DNA of 64,000 nucleotides from Rhizodiscina lignyota (Eukaryota): NCBI GenBank assembly GCA_010015805.1, contig ML978127.1, positions 1,674,001 to 1,738,000 of the forward strand, read 5' to 3'. Shown piece by piece: positions 46,106 to 58,602 of this stretch (position 1 is its first letter; each line of letters starts with the position of its first letter). The notes under the pieces were generated by a model. It saw only the letters and a program-made list of their open reading frames with translations, ran no database searches and was not told where the DNA came from. The position numbers and the translations under genes were made by a program.

Positions 46106-48513
46106 ATGTCGACGACTGTTAGCCCCATCTCAGAGCATAGCAACGAGGATGGATATATCGCGCCGAGAGCACAGGATGAAGTCTTGGTGACCGATCCACC
46201 ATTTCTACATACAGAATCCTCGAATGACAGAAACCTGTTCAATGACCACGGCAGCAGTCGAAGCCAAAAGACATTAACAAACGGCTACAAAGAGACGATT
46301 TCAGATGGCACTACAACCACATTGCACCGCTCCGGATCTGTCCTACTTCTTGTTCTACCATATGTGATCGTTGCGATCTTCGCTTGGGCGATCACTGCTG
46401 TCTTAGCCTTCCGACCCATAACGACCAAGTCTTACAAATTGGAGGTCAACGGTAGCGACGACGGCTATCCTCTCAAGCTTCACTCTCGCTACGTGCAGAA
46501 CGAGCGATGGTTCGAGGCTGCGCGGGTCTTGGAATCAATTGTAACGACCCTGACCATTCCAGTGGCTTCTGCTGTATGCTCCAGCGCTGCTGTCATCTTC
46601 GCTCAGAGAGGCAAGGGATCGTCAGGCCTTTCAATGCGACAGACGATGATCCTCGCGAACCGTGGATGGTTAGATCTCTCAACCTATGGATCTCTCATTC
46701 CTGGCGCACGTGAGAAGGCATGGAAGAGATATGCCTCGACATTTTTAGTCATTGCCATTCTCCTGAACCTCCTGGGAGGTATTATCGGTCCGCTGCAGCA
46801 AATCTTCCTGTCCACTACGAACATCAAAACGCCAACTGTGCCTACGACTATTACCAATCTCCATGACCTAGCTATGCTATCTTCCGATCCTGACTCTGAC
46901 AATAGCGACGTTCTCTTTACTCGACAGGCTTTGACGACTGCCTCCAGGAACGAGCCTCAGTCGCAACTGTGGCCGGGAATCAACTTCAACTCCGGCTGCA
47001 ATGAGCTGAATCTCATGAACGCCCACGAAGTGGCCCCGATGGCTTGCGAAAGTAATGGCATTACGTTTGGCAATATGTCTCAGCTAGACAACCCCTTCTA
47101 TGCAGAGCTCCCGAACGACTTCAACAGTGGCGTGATCAGACAATTCTTGCCTCGCATCAACTCTACCGCGACATATCAAAATATCGACAAGTCTAACTTT
47201 CCAGCGAATTGTTCAGACTTCGAAGGAGCATTCTTCGCCGATCTTTCAAACACGACAGATATTGCTCCGTCATTCTGGGCCTTGCAAGCGTGCATGCCTG
47301 CCAATCTCACAAAATCTCCTTGGAAAGCGACTGGAGATCGCCAGGATTTTTCCGAGGAGTTATATCTCAACATTTCTGGTCTCGACACTGGCTCCGCAGG
47401 AGATACTCAATTATATTACAAGATCGTAGTCAACACAACAGCGGGCTTCTTTGAATTGCCAAACTACATGAATGGCGGTATCGCAGGCCCACTATTGGAC
47501 AGGGCGCCTACCTTACACCCGAACGGCGCATGCGGTGATGCTTGCGAGGAGCAAGAGCTCAATATTATTGAAGCGTAAATTCAACCCCATTCTATCTTAA
47601 TTTCATCACACTAACTCTTCCATTAAGCGACCAAATTTCTGGCAAACTCAAATATCGCCGTGCAGAAACCTCTAACAATACCTCTTGGAACCCGAACCAA
47701 CTCGAGGCCGTACCCAACAAAGGCCCTCTCCTCACAATCGCGTTGGCTCTTTTCGGCCGCGGCTCTTATCCTACAATCCCCTCTACGTTGCCCAGTAACA
47801 AAGACGATGATAATTCGAACAACGAAGCGCCTGGCAGCTGTGTTACACTCGTACCGTTTTCTGGTCTCAGCGATGTTATCTCTTGGCAAGAGCTGCAGTG
47901 TCAAAGGGCCGAGGACCACTCTGGCTTCGACGTCGACGTAAGTCAATGGATACAAGGCTTCGGCGCCGAAGCCGCTGATTTGTCGAACACCTTCACTGCG
48001 GCCGCATTCCTGGCGAATCAAGCTTGGTTTCAGAATATGGATAGAAATACAATTGCACCGCTGTTTGTAGAATTTGATCCCGGAGCGGACACACAGGTGC
48101 CCGTCATTTCGACGGCTGGCGTTGTCGTCATTTCGATACTACTGGGACTGTTTCTATCCGGCTTACTCGCAATGGCGATGTATGCAGCTCTCACGCCCCG
48201 ATGGACGAGTAAATTGGACGCCTGGGCGATGATGAGGATTGGCGCTGAGATGAGCGACAAGTTCCCGCTTGCGGTAGCGAATAATGTCGATGGAGTTAAG
48301 GAGCTTGATGAGATGCCTGGGTGGATTGGAGATGACGGTGATGTCGTTGGAATGATAGCTGTTGGAGGAAGCGACAGGGTAAGAGGAGGAAGAAGATATG
48401 CCTGCTATCCCGCAGATAGATATGGGACCAGAGGACCGCCAGAAGCAAGGACGCATCAATTAGAGCCAAGGTCCGACACGGCATTGGAGCCACTGAGGCG
48501 AAGAGATGTGTAG
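46106..48513 (+). CDS. Uncharacterised multi-pass membrane glycoprotein
   Basis: Exons 46106-47574 and 47628-48513. Three N-terminal hydrophobic helices, a large luminal region with N-x-S/T sites and Cys, and a C-terminal TM helix. Motifs 'GFFELPNYMNGG', 'KGPLLTIALALFG' and 'WTSKLDAWAMMRIG'. Confidence 0.8.
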
Positions 48514-48644
48514 CGGAAGGTCTCTTCATGTATATTATAGCATTTTGATACCACATTTATATGAGTACAATCCCAAATTCTCTAACTCCGGAATATACAC
48601 AGCCCAGAAGGGTATTTCTTATTTCTATCGTTCAAACCTGAGGT

Positions 48645-49097
48645 TCAGTTGCCGTCGTTTCGGCACTATGAAATGATTGTTAGCCATGTGTTCCGTTGGA
48701 GAAGTCAGTTCCAACGTACGCAGACACCAATTGTATCTGAACCGCAGGTACGGGAATTGGGATCAGTACGGCAGGCATAGCTATTCGTTCGTCAATCTCT
48801 GGATAAAGGACTCAAACAGCGAGAGCAGACGTACATTAGACCAGTTCTACCGTCCGTGTACTGATTGAAGGTGATGGGATCCGGTGTGCAACTGAAGATG
48901 CCGCTGGTACATGGATTGCCGTCAGTCCACAATGTGATCGGCTCGTGGATTGAGCAGTCATCGTTGTAGACATTCCAGCTAGGGAGCCCGGCATTGTCGA
49001 AGTTTTGCCCGATGGCGAAGTTGAAGCCAGGGCAAACGGCAGAGACAGAAGTGAAGCTAGCCGCAAGGGCGACAAGGACCAATGTGGATGAGAACAT
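48645..49097 (-). CDS. Small secreted cysteine-rich protein (114 aa, 8 Cys; effector-like)
   Basis: Exons 49097-48835, 48780-48720, 48665-48645, with two 54-nt GTACGT...TAG introns. Protein: MFSSTLVLVALAASFTSVSA-VCPGFNFAIG...NPCTSGIFSC...YACRTDPNSRTCGSDTIGVCCRNDGN. Confidence 0.88.
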
Positions 49098-50563
49098 AGC
49101 GAAATAGAATCTCCAAAATGTCTTTGACTTTGAAAAGATAAAAGCGAACCTGATGAGGAGAGAAATGATAGCTTTGTACCTGTACCTTTGTGGAAGCGGC
49201 CGTCCCAATCCCTTTAACGTTACTCATTTTCATTTCCATCACTTCACGACGAGGCTCTTAGCCTCGCAAAGATAGCGCCTACAATACGAAATCGTAGGAT
49301 AGTGCAATATCCAACACTCGAGCTGCGCACAATGAGTTGGTGAAATTGAGATCAGTGCGAGCGTTGTCTTTCTGCAATGTTCACCCCCTGTCGTCCGTTC
49401 CCACCAGCGTTTCCAACAGGCTTGGCATGCAAAATTGCTATCTTTAGCCCTAGCCCGACGGCGCCACTCCACCCACGTGTGTGGAATATCGATCACCACA
49501 GGTCCTTTTGTATTTCGTTTGCTAAGGGCGGAGCGGAGGAGGATTGTGCCAAGAAGGCCCCCCATGAGACTGAAACTCTTCTGCACGAAATCTTGAGGCT
49601 GGGGAGGATCGACAGGAACAACTCGAGTTCGACCCAAACAAGCCTTCAGCGTAATGGCACCGAAAGCTAGGTACATCGTTTCCCAAGGCCTTCTTCCACT
49701 CGGGACCTAATCGACTAGGTTGCCACCTGCCGTCGTTGACAGTGGACTCGTCTCGGTCTTCCACTCAAGAGAACAGTGCTCCCATCGTTAAGACGGTTTT
49801 CATACATCCAGAGAGAAGAAGTAATTAGAATTCCAACTACCACGCCATAAGAATCAGCATCAACACGCTACACGAAAGCATACACGAGGACATACACCAC
49901 ACTTGGTAACTTTTGGCAAAGCGCAACTACCCGAGAGAGTTCGCGTTGCGATCCTGAAGAGCAGAATATGCAGCCAAGAGCCTCCGTGTCCGTGGACTGT
50001 AGGGTGACTTGGTCCCTTTGAGCTATTTCTTCTGCAGATTGCAGCCTTGTTGTATGAGCTCTCTCTTTTAGTTTCTCTTCCTTCCGTTCTTGACAAAGCG
50101 CTCTTCACGACGTGGCGAGTTGTAGTCTGTAGAAACTCCACCAACGCCATATCCTAGCACGTCGCAGAGGCTTAGATACAGTTCCTGGATTCGCCAAGAG
50201 AACGAGCCACAGTCCTATCATTTACCAGTTCATTTCTTCTACTCCGTATTCGAACCAACTGCAGCGCCAAAAAGAAGCTATCCATTCGTGCAGTCTCGTG
50301 CTCCCGTATACGCCTGAATCGAGCATTCAAAACTCTAAATTCGGAAACTTCGAGCCGAGTGGAGATTGATTCATGAACAAATCTGCCCCCAAGCCACACC
50401 GTGATGCCTAATCGCCAGGCCAACTCCAACATCCCTAATACAACATTCCATTCGTAATGTCTAGGCACACAATGAATACAGACTCGTGGAGGTACCATGT
50501 ACATATACGGTCGGATCACCTCTACCGCTTTTTGCAATCAACAAAGTCAATCCTGAAGTCACA

Positions 50564-52402
50564 ATGAAGGCCACATTCTTTACTACCACAGCGTTTGCAC
50601 TCCAGGTTGCTGCTAGTCCATTTGACACTGCCCTCTCAAATGTGGTGAGTGTTATATCCACAATCCCTCTATTGTCTTCCTATATACTAACAACTATTCC
50701 AATCAGTTCAAGAGACAAGACAGTACGGGGTGGAGAGATATCACCTGCACGACAGGCTCTCTGACCGATGTCTCCAATGACCCTGTGCAGCAATGGATCG
50801 ACGCCAAAACGACCGACGCAATGAGAGAATGTATTGATGCATACAATAGCGATAGCAAAGGCCTCACTTTCTCGAACTTTGTTGCGAACTTTTTCAACGC
50901 TCGACCTGGCATCAGCTGCGGGCTGTTGGACAACGACAACTGTGCTGTGTCGGTCAACTGCGGTCAAGGCAGCGATGCGAACGCGCCAGTGAACTCTCCC
51001 GCTGGGTAAAGAAACTGTCATATTTTGGCCCACAGAAGATACTAACACTCTATTAGATACGTTGTTATCAACTCTATGGTTGGACTGCACATTCAGTTCG
51101 AGAACTACTTCAAGGGCCTGCAAAATGCCCTCAACTTTATGAATGGAGAAATCGGAACCTTCTCGGACGTATTCGCGCCACAATTTGATCCTCTTAGCGA
51201 TGACAAGATCTTAATCGACGTATTGAATTTGTGTTTCGCAGTGGTATCTGCCGGAGCATTTAATTCCTGTCAGTCTCCGTGCAACCCTTACTACAGACAA
51301 TGTATTGATCTTTCTACCAGGGTTCAAGAACCTTCAATACTTCAAAGGCCAAAATGCCAACACCCTCGGCGTTGCCAAAGATACCACCAATGCAGCAGTC
51401 GCCCAGTCCCTCAACATCCTTAAGGACAGCAGCGACGCGTACGTAACCTCTCCATACCTCACTAATCAGAAACATACCAGTGCTGACAATCTTCTTATTA
51501 GCCTTGACAAGTTGAAGGTGCAGAATACCATGTCAAGTTTTCTATCTCAGACTGTTCAGCAGTGGATGAACTCGACAGAGACAATGACGAAGCATATCTT
51601 CGAGGAAGATGCGGTCCTTGGCTATTACTCCTTTGTGAATGGAAAGAGCTGGGACCCGAACTCTCAGGTTAGCGCATTGGACGTAACGCAGTCGGTCGAG
51701 CAAACTCTATATGCGTACATGGCTCCCATCGGATGGAAGCTTGCCACGTCGGAGGAGATTGGAGCTTTTATCGCGTATGCTGTTCAAAAACCTTCATATT
51801 CCGTGCCCACAACATACTGACAATCGTAATAGTACTGCTGACGAACTCAATAAGAACGGCGATGGTTGTGGAGACTATGACAAGCCAACTGACAATGGTG
51901 GCACGGTCACCGCCAACTGGGACGATGATATCATGTCCAAGACCTTGGTCTGCCTTGATGGCACAGCGTACTGGCTTGTCAATCTCCAGCGCTCACAGAA
52001 ACCACGCGATCAGTGCAGCTCGACTCCTGCTATTTCCCCCGGCGTCTGCTCCTTTGTCCCGCCAGAGGTCAAGATGCTGCCAGGTGTGGACCAAATGGAC
52101 GGCCAGAAGTGGGGCGGCCTTACCAAGGAAATTTTGGTTGCGAGGTACGTGGTGCTTGTTTGATTTGCATATCGAGTAGTTGCTGACGAAGCTCTATCCA
52201 CAGCGCTGTGAAATCCTGGCAGAACAATGGCAACAAGAACGGCTGGGCTTCCACCGATGCCTCTACCGAGAACGGAATGCGCGATGTCATCGACAACGGC
52301 ATCAATGCTCAAGGTGTCGTCAACATTCCGGTCTGCAGTTTCCCGGAAGCCATCAACAACGGCTATCCTGATGAGAACACGCCGAACTGGCCTTGCAACT
52401 AG
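50564..52402 (+). CDS. Uncharacterised secreted Cys-containing protein (~497 aa) with a Kex2 KR site
   Basis: Seven exons (50564-50644, 50707-51005, 51057-51268, 51321-51438, 51502-51774, 51833-52144, 52204-52402) joined by canonical GT-AG introns that keep one frame. Signal peptide followed by 'NVFKR|QD'. Confidence 0.85.
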
Positions 52403-52609
52403 AATTCCAATTATTCGCGTTTTCGTTGAGTAGTATTATTGATTTGTTGATTACAAGTCAGGTCGCTTTGCAGTTCTGGTACCTATTTCGTATCATGCTT
52501 GTTTACCTCGTCCGCCATTTTGTTGTAGATATCTTCTGAGCATGAGATGGACCGGCGTTTGGACTAGAAGAGCAAAATAGCGTAAGAGGATATATATCAC
52601 AGCAGAATT

Positions 52610-54124
52610 TCACTCATCCGGTCCATCCAACGCTTCATTGGACAATGGAATAAAGCGTGCTTTGAGATCAGGCTCGCTCGCGAAGTCCGTATCGAAGGGC
52701 CACATCGGACGACGAATACGACTGTGTCCGAGACGTTTAAGATCTTGATCGACACCACCAGGAGTAAGGCCGAGCATCCAGTCTTTTGCCATGTTGTACA
52801 ATTCGGGCTCCAGATACCCAATCTTCACGATGACAATGTCTGCCGAGCGAGGAGAAAGGTCCAGCTCCGTGAAATCGCGTTCTTTGTGGTATGGCTTCCG
52901 CAACTTCGTGAGAATCGCAAACACACTGCCGACTTGCAGCACGACTTCCACAACGGCGTGCTGGTCACCATGCTTGATTGCGTGCACTTGTCCAGTCATT
53001 GTGATAGGGCCAGCGTGGATGTTGTCTACCTCCGCTCCGGCTGTTACTGTGACAATTGCTCCAACTCCTGCATCTACAGCATCTTTGATCGCCTCAGCCC
53101 CCGGAACGCTGGCGTAAATAACTTTTGGTCCAGATGCGTCCTTAAACTCTGGCCGAGCAAGCAGTTGTGTGAGACCCCAGGTCACATCACCAGAGCCTCC
53201 AGCCGTTGGGTTATCCCCAGAATCAGAGATAAAGTACGGACGAGCTTTGGATGCCAATGCTGTATCGAGGCATTCCTTGAACGAGCCTGTAGGCGCTACG
53301 AAATGGAAGTCGCCTCTTGCTTCCCAGAAGAGTTTCGCAAGCTTCTCCGCACCGGCGGCTACGGCATCTTTCTCCCAACCTGTAACCATAATAATCGCAC
53401 GATTTCGCCACTCGTCAGCCCATGCATAGCCGACCCATATCGCTGCATCCAAGACTCCACCAGTTGCCTCTACGCCGGGAACGGCGGCATAGATGTGCTT
53501 TGCAGGCTCATCGCGGGTGGAAGTCTGCTCGCCAGGGAGAAGAATCGGGATTGGGATCCACGCCTTAAGGGGTCGCGAGCCACGTGGTCGTTGCGATAAT
53601 AGCTCTACCAAGTTACGACATGCCCGTTCTTTGGTATCGAGAGCATCCTCGTGCGGTGCCATGCGATAGCAAGTGATGAGATCCGTCTGATGGGCCAGCT
53701 CGCGCGAGACATTCCCGTGCAAATCCATGGACGCAGATACAATCACATCTGGGCCGATGGCTGATCGAACACGTCGCAGCAGCTCGGACTCGATGTCTTC
53801 AAGGCCGTCGACGTACATAGCACCGTGAATATCGAACCAGAGACCATCTAGAGCGGGCATCTGTTTCAGACGAGATATGATCTCGCCGGCGAATTCTTCG
53901 AAGGCATCCCGTGTCACGATACCACCAGGTAGCGAGTGGCCGATGAGTGCTCCGCGCCACTCTGCGGCGTCACCAATGTCTGTGCCTGAATGGAGGAAAG
54001 AGTAGTGTTTGATTATCTCATCTCCGCGCTTGGGGTGAAATGCTGGCGCGAGCGTTCGAGATGGAGTGAACGTCGAATTCTCGCACGCGAGTCCAGCGAT
54101 GGCAATGACCGGATGGGGCGACAT
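52610..54124 (-). CDS. MlrC-like / peptidase family M81 metallohydrolase
   Basis: Intronless, start 'MSPHPVIAIAGLACENSTF'. M81/MlrC signatures 'DIHGAM', 'SMDLHGN', 'YRMAPHED', 'DSGDNPTAGG', 'IVIVKIG', 'TPG' and 'IRRPMWPFD'. Confidence 0.88.
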   Translation of the reverse strand: MSPHPVIAIAGLACENSTFTPSRTLAPAFHPKRGDEIIKHYSFLHSGTDIGDAAEWRGALIGHSLPGGIVTRDAFEEFAGEIISRLKQMPALDGLWFDIHGAMYVDGLEDIESELLRRVRSAIGPDVIVSASMDLHGNVSRELAHQTDLITCYRMAPHEDALDTKERACRNLVELLSQRPRGSRPLKAWIPIPILLPGEQTSTRDEPAKHIYAAVPGVEATGGVLDAAIWVGYAWADEWRNRAIIMVTGWEKDAVAAGAEKLAKLFWEARGDFHFVAPTGSFKECLDTALASKARPYFISDSGDNPTAGGSGDVTWGLTQLLARPEFKDASGPKVIYASVPGAEAIKDAVDAGVGAIVTVTAGAEVDNIHAGPITMTGQVHAIKHGDQHAVVEVVLQVGSVFAILTKLRKPYHKERDFTELDLSPRSADIVIVKIGYLEPELYNMAKDWMLGLTPGGVDQDLKRLGHSRIRRPMWPFDTDFASEPDLKARFIPLSNEALDGPDE

Positions 54125-55041
54125 GATGTAATAAAAGAGCTCCCGGTATTGAGTGTTGGTCTCTGTAATAGAAAAGACGGAATCGGGAAATTTTCTACGC
54201 GTCCGTACAGAGGCAGTAAACTCTATACTACTGAGAAGACTGTGCAAACGTACTGCATCACGAGATAGTGCTGGATCGCGTAATTAGTACGTAATCTGAG
54301 CTATTGGCTCGACGCAAAATGCAATGAAGATGTGCAAGAAGTGAACTAGATAATGAGCGTTAATCAAATACTATAAGCCCAATGGTATCGTACTCCAGCG
54401 ATGAAGATTGAAGACGAATGGAGAAGGGCATAAATTAAATCGATTTCGACCAAATTTTCCCACCGATACGAAGGGAAGTCCTGTTACAGTTACAGTTGAT
54501 AAACTCAAAAAGATGTTCGATAATTGCCCAGGACTGGAGTACCTTATCGGTTGCTCGCAGCTCCCCGGGCGGAGACGGTCTTCCCTTCGGCTGCTTGGAC
54601 CCTTCCTGCGGATTTCCATCTTTTCCATCTCACCTTCGGCAACAACTGCGCCGGGATAAATTGCCTTCTGCCAATCAACAGCTCTTTGGCCACGGTAAGG
54701 TGTTTGTGACCGAGTTAACGTAGCATTGCATTTGTTCAAGCCTCCGTCAGGCGATCTTATCTGTGGCCAGAGCCGTGGCTCACGGATGCTTGATTGGATC
54801 CTCTGCAACACGATGTCGATCTCTCTGTCTCCTGCCACTTTGGCGGGAATTGACGAGGGGTTACATATCTCTTGGACCTTGTAGGTCTAGATAGCTGCGG
54901 ACAGATGTACCGAAACCATGGACGCGCTCTTAAGTACCAGGTTATCGCGTGGCGCCGCGAGGAGCGGTGTTGGAACTTTCCCTTTGGCAACTTGACCACA
55001 TGTACTTTGCTGGTTGAGGGAGATCTCAGGAATCCTTAAAG

Positions 55042-56949
55042 ATGCTACGAAAGACACCGACGGGAACGTGGCTGCCGGCATGGGTGCCAGAGAGCACCAT
55101 TATCACTGCCTACCTCCTCCTCTTCTGCTCCGTTGTACAATCGACTGTAGGCAGTATTTCCAGTCCTGAGCTTGGCCCCACTGACTTGCTTCCAGACTGG
55201 TGGATATGACGGTTCAATGTTGAATGGCCTCAATATTCTGCCTGTATATACGGATTATTTCAAGCTCAATGCTGCTACAACCGGGTTGAACACAGGCTCC
55301 GTATTCATTGGCGGTTTCTTTGGCCCTATATTCTCGGGTGTGATCGCAGATCGATTAGGCCGGCGTCCTGCCATCTTGTGGGGATGCATAGTAACAATCG
55401 TTGGCATCATTCTCCAGACGGCTGCACAGGACATTGCAATGTTCGTTGTTGCGCGTATAATACTTGGGTTTGGGTAAGAGATGCTCGCACAAGAGCCGCC
55501 GCATTATGAGCTTTGCTAAGATGAGCCTTGGAATTCTAGATCTCAGGTTTCTGGCATTGCTGCGGCCGTATATCTCTCTGAGACGTTCCCGAGTCGGTGG
55601 AGAGCCTGGGGCGTTGGTCTGTTGAATGACTTCTACTAGTAAGTCCTGCGAACCCTGGTTAGCGAGATGTACGCAAAGAGACTGATTCTTGTAGTGTTGG
55701 TGCGCTGATTGCTGCGGGCATCACCCTCGGTACAGGACAATGGAACAGTACGTGGGCTTGGAGAGCCCCTTCGCTATTTCAAGCGATCTTTTCCATTTTG
55801 TGCATTGTGATCTTGCCGTTTATGTGAGTTACGGAAGGGTGTAGTATGGTGGGCGCACCAGAAGCTGAATCGTATAGACCCGAATCGCCCCGTTGGCTCG
55901 TCCATGAGGGCTATTACGAATACGCACGAACGGCCGTCGCACAGACCAATGCCAATGGGAACGTTTCGGACCCAGTAGTGGTGACCATCTACAAGGAGAT
56001 CATCGACACTCTGGAATGGGAGAAAAAAGAAGGCATAACTATGAGCCCACTTGAAATTGTAAAGACTCCAGCAGCGAGGAAGCGGCTCCTGATTGGCATG
56101 TCTCCTGGCCCATTCTCTTGCGTGGCTGGAAACATTATCGCTTCGTACTATCTTGGAGACGAGCTTGATACCGCTGGTATCACAAGCCCGAATGACCAGT
56201 TGAAGGCCAATGTCGTCCTGAACGTGTGGTGTCTTGCTTGCTCTCTCTTTGGCACTCATCTGGCTGCCAAATGGGGTCGAAAGCCCACTGCTCTTCTCTC
56301 AGAAGTATTGCTTGTAATATGTCTGTTCGTCATTGGTGGCCTTTCGAAGATCTACGCCGACAACCCGGCTGGCGCGTCGAAGAGTCTGGTCTATGGAGAT
56401 GTGGCAGTCATGTTCCTCTTCCAGGGCTTTTACTCGATCGCATGGACACCGCTTCTATATCTGTATCCGCCCGAAGTCATGAATTACTCCATCCGCGCCA
56501 ATGGAGTGGCATTCTCGTCTTTCATGTTGAACGCTCTTGCGTAAGTTCCCGGTCTGAAAATGTCACTGCCTGACTTGCCGCTAACGAACGTAGATGCGTG
56601 CTTGTGTTTGTCATGCCAATCGGCCTAACGAACATCGGCTGGAAGATGTATATGATCAATGGAGGATGGGATATCATTATTGTCGTCCTTATCGTGAGTA
56701 GAATCCCCGTCCAAGTATTCTTCTGAGATTCTAATTATCCCGCAGGCCGTATACTGGGTCGAAACCAAAGGCAAGACGCTTGAAGAGATTGACGCGATCT
56801 TCGAAGGAGAAAAGCATTCGTCTGTGCCTGATGTCGAGCATGTCCGTCTTGGTAAAGCAACTGTGGACGTCGCGGTGATCGAGCAAGAGCTTCAACATGA
56901 GACAGGTCTGGACATAGTTAATGAAAGAGAGGATAAGAAATTCGAGTGA
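55042..56949 (+). CDS. MFS sugar porter (lactose/hexose permease-like)
   Basis: Six introns: 55147-55195, 55474-55539, 55639-55694, 55824-55877, 56541-56593, 56694-56745. Motifs 'GYDGSMLNGL', 'DRLGRR', 'ARIILGFG', 'PESPRWL', 'GRKP', 'YPPEV' and 'ETKGKTLEEID'. Confidence 0.93.
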
Positions 56950-57296
56950 GGATATGCAATGCAAGGGTAAATGACGAATAGCCACATTAGTTAAACAAGA
57001 AATGAGAGAGGCACTGTGGAATATTGAGAGATTTATTCTAGAAGCAAAGCCACATTGAATTTCAGAAAGAAATTCACGCGCCCACTGTAAGGAATGTGCA
57101 GCGGCGCAGTCAATATATACAGGTGTTGGTCAGTCCGAACTTCGAAGGTTCCATCGGTAGGATTGAGACTCACTGGGCTGTGCTGGTATGGTGGATGTGG
57201 AACGCTAGTCAATAATAAGCTAGCGTGATCTAACAGTGCCTTCCAAGTGATAAAGAGGACTTTTTGAGACCACATTTTGCAGGTGTCCCAGTGGCC

Positions 57297-58031
57297 ATGT
57301 CTTCCAAACATGCAACACGCGATAGAGTTTGGCGCGAGCTTCGTGCAGTCGCTCTTCCAGATTCACGATTCCATTACGATTTCGGCAGTTTCATCTGTGA
57401 TTTCGTGGGCTCCAATCAGGCCAATGATCGGCTGCTACAACTCCCTTGCTTCAAAGCTGCCGAGACTGTCTTCATCACGCCCGATAATTGTCTCGAGTAT
57501 CTGCGTTATCAAGCCTTGAGAGCTGGTAAGCAAGTGCTGATGACAACATATGGGATCCGGCGCGGCTTCTGGCTTTTGGATCCAGCCACTATTGATACGG
57601 AGCTGTTCATGTACGCGTCCACGTTGGATGGCTTGGAAAGAGTTGGTCGCCGCGTTTCACTGAAGGATCTCCTCGATTTGGGGGTGCACGTCGATGTGCT
57701 TGTAACTGGAACTGGAGCAATCAATGAGAAGGGTATCAGATTTGGCAAAGGCCACGGCTACTTTGACCTTGAATGGGCGATGCTCTCGACGATCGGAGTC
57801 TGTCAGAACGGCTCGACGACAATTGCCGTTGTGCATGATTGTCAAGTTTTATTGGAGGAGCTTCAACCTGAAGTATTCGACACTGTTTGCGACATCATCG
57901 TCACTCCAACTCGGACAATAAATGTCCATAAAGCAGAACAACCCGGCTGTGGGATCATATGGGATCAGCTTCAACCGGGCATGCTGGAGGACATCCCACC
58001 ATTGCAGGAATTTAAGGGTCTAGATATCTAA
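57297..58031 (+). CDS. 5-formyltetrahydrofolate cyclo-ligase-like protein (MTHFSD/COG0212-type paralogue)
   Basis: Intronless, 244 aa. Motifs 'RDRVW', 'FITPDN', 'GIRFGKGHGYFDLEWAML', 'VVHDCQV', 'DIIVTPTR' and 'GIIWD.L...ML.DIPPL'. Confidence 0.85.
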   Translation: MSSKHATRDRVWRELRAVALPDSRFHYDFGSFICDFVGSNQANDRLLQLPCFKAAETVFITPDNCLEYLRYQALRAGKQVLMTTYGIRRGFWLLDPATIDTELFMYASTLDGLERVGRRVSLKDLLDLGVHVDVLVTGTGAINEKGIRFGKGHGYFDLEWAMLSTIGVCQNGSTTIAVVHDCQVLLEELQPEVFDTVCDIIVTPTRTINVHKAEQPGCGIIWDQLQPGMLEDIPPLQEFKGLDI

Positions 58032-58602
58032 TCCTCTAATGTTAATGTGATGACGTGCTTTGATCCTTTCGAATCAAAGAAGAACCCACAATACGGCGAT
58101 GCGATTCATCCTTCCGTCCAGGCATCTTCCGAACATGTCGCAACCTAGGGCTCAAAATTGACTGGGCGCGGCAACATCGTAGTGCCTATCTCCTGCTGGC
58201 AGATTCCATTAATACACCCAAATCTACTTTGAGATGCATTTTCTTTATAATAAACAATAGTTCTCACTTCTCAGTATGAATGCTTTCAAAATATCCAATC
58301 GACGTAGAGTATTAGTCATATCGTACCCCTGACCTTATCCTGTCCTTTCTCCCCGAACCCAGATCGGCACTGATGCGTACATCAGCAATAGAATCGCCAC
58401 GCCATACATAGCTACCGGGCTTGGAGTAATTACTACGCGACTGAAATACCCATATGAGCACAGGCGTAATCTCTATCTCTCTGTGGATCGATAGAAAGGT
58501 GCGCGCTCATAACTATAAAGACCACCACCAACCTCTCTTCCTGGAAAAGCCAAGCACATAACCCCTCGATATCCTTGTGAAAGTTGGAGTTCATTTGTCA
58601 AT

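Noticed and set aside
52724..53599. 291-aa plus-strand ORF (and similar long antisense ORFs at 2522-3295, 22860-23624, 29166-29768)
   Set aside because: Antisense shadows of well-supported genes with no independent motifs.
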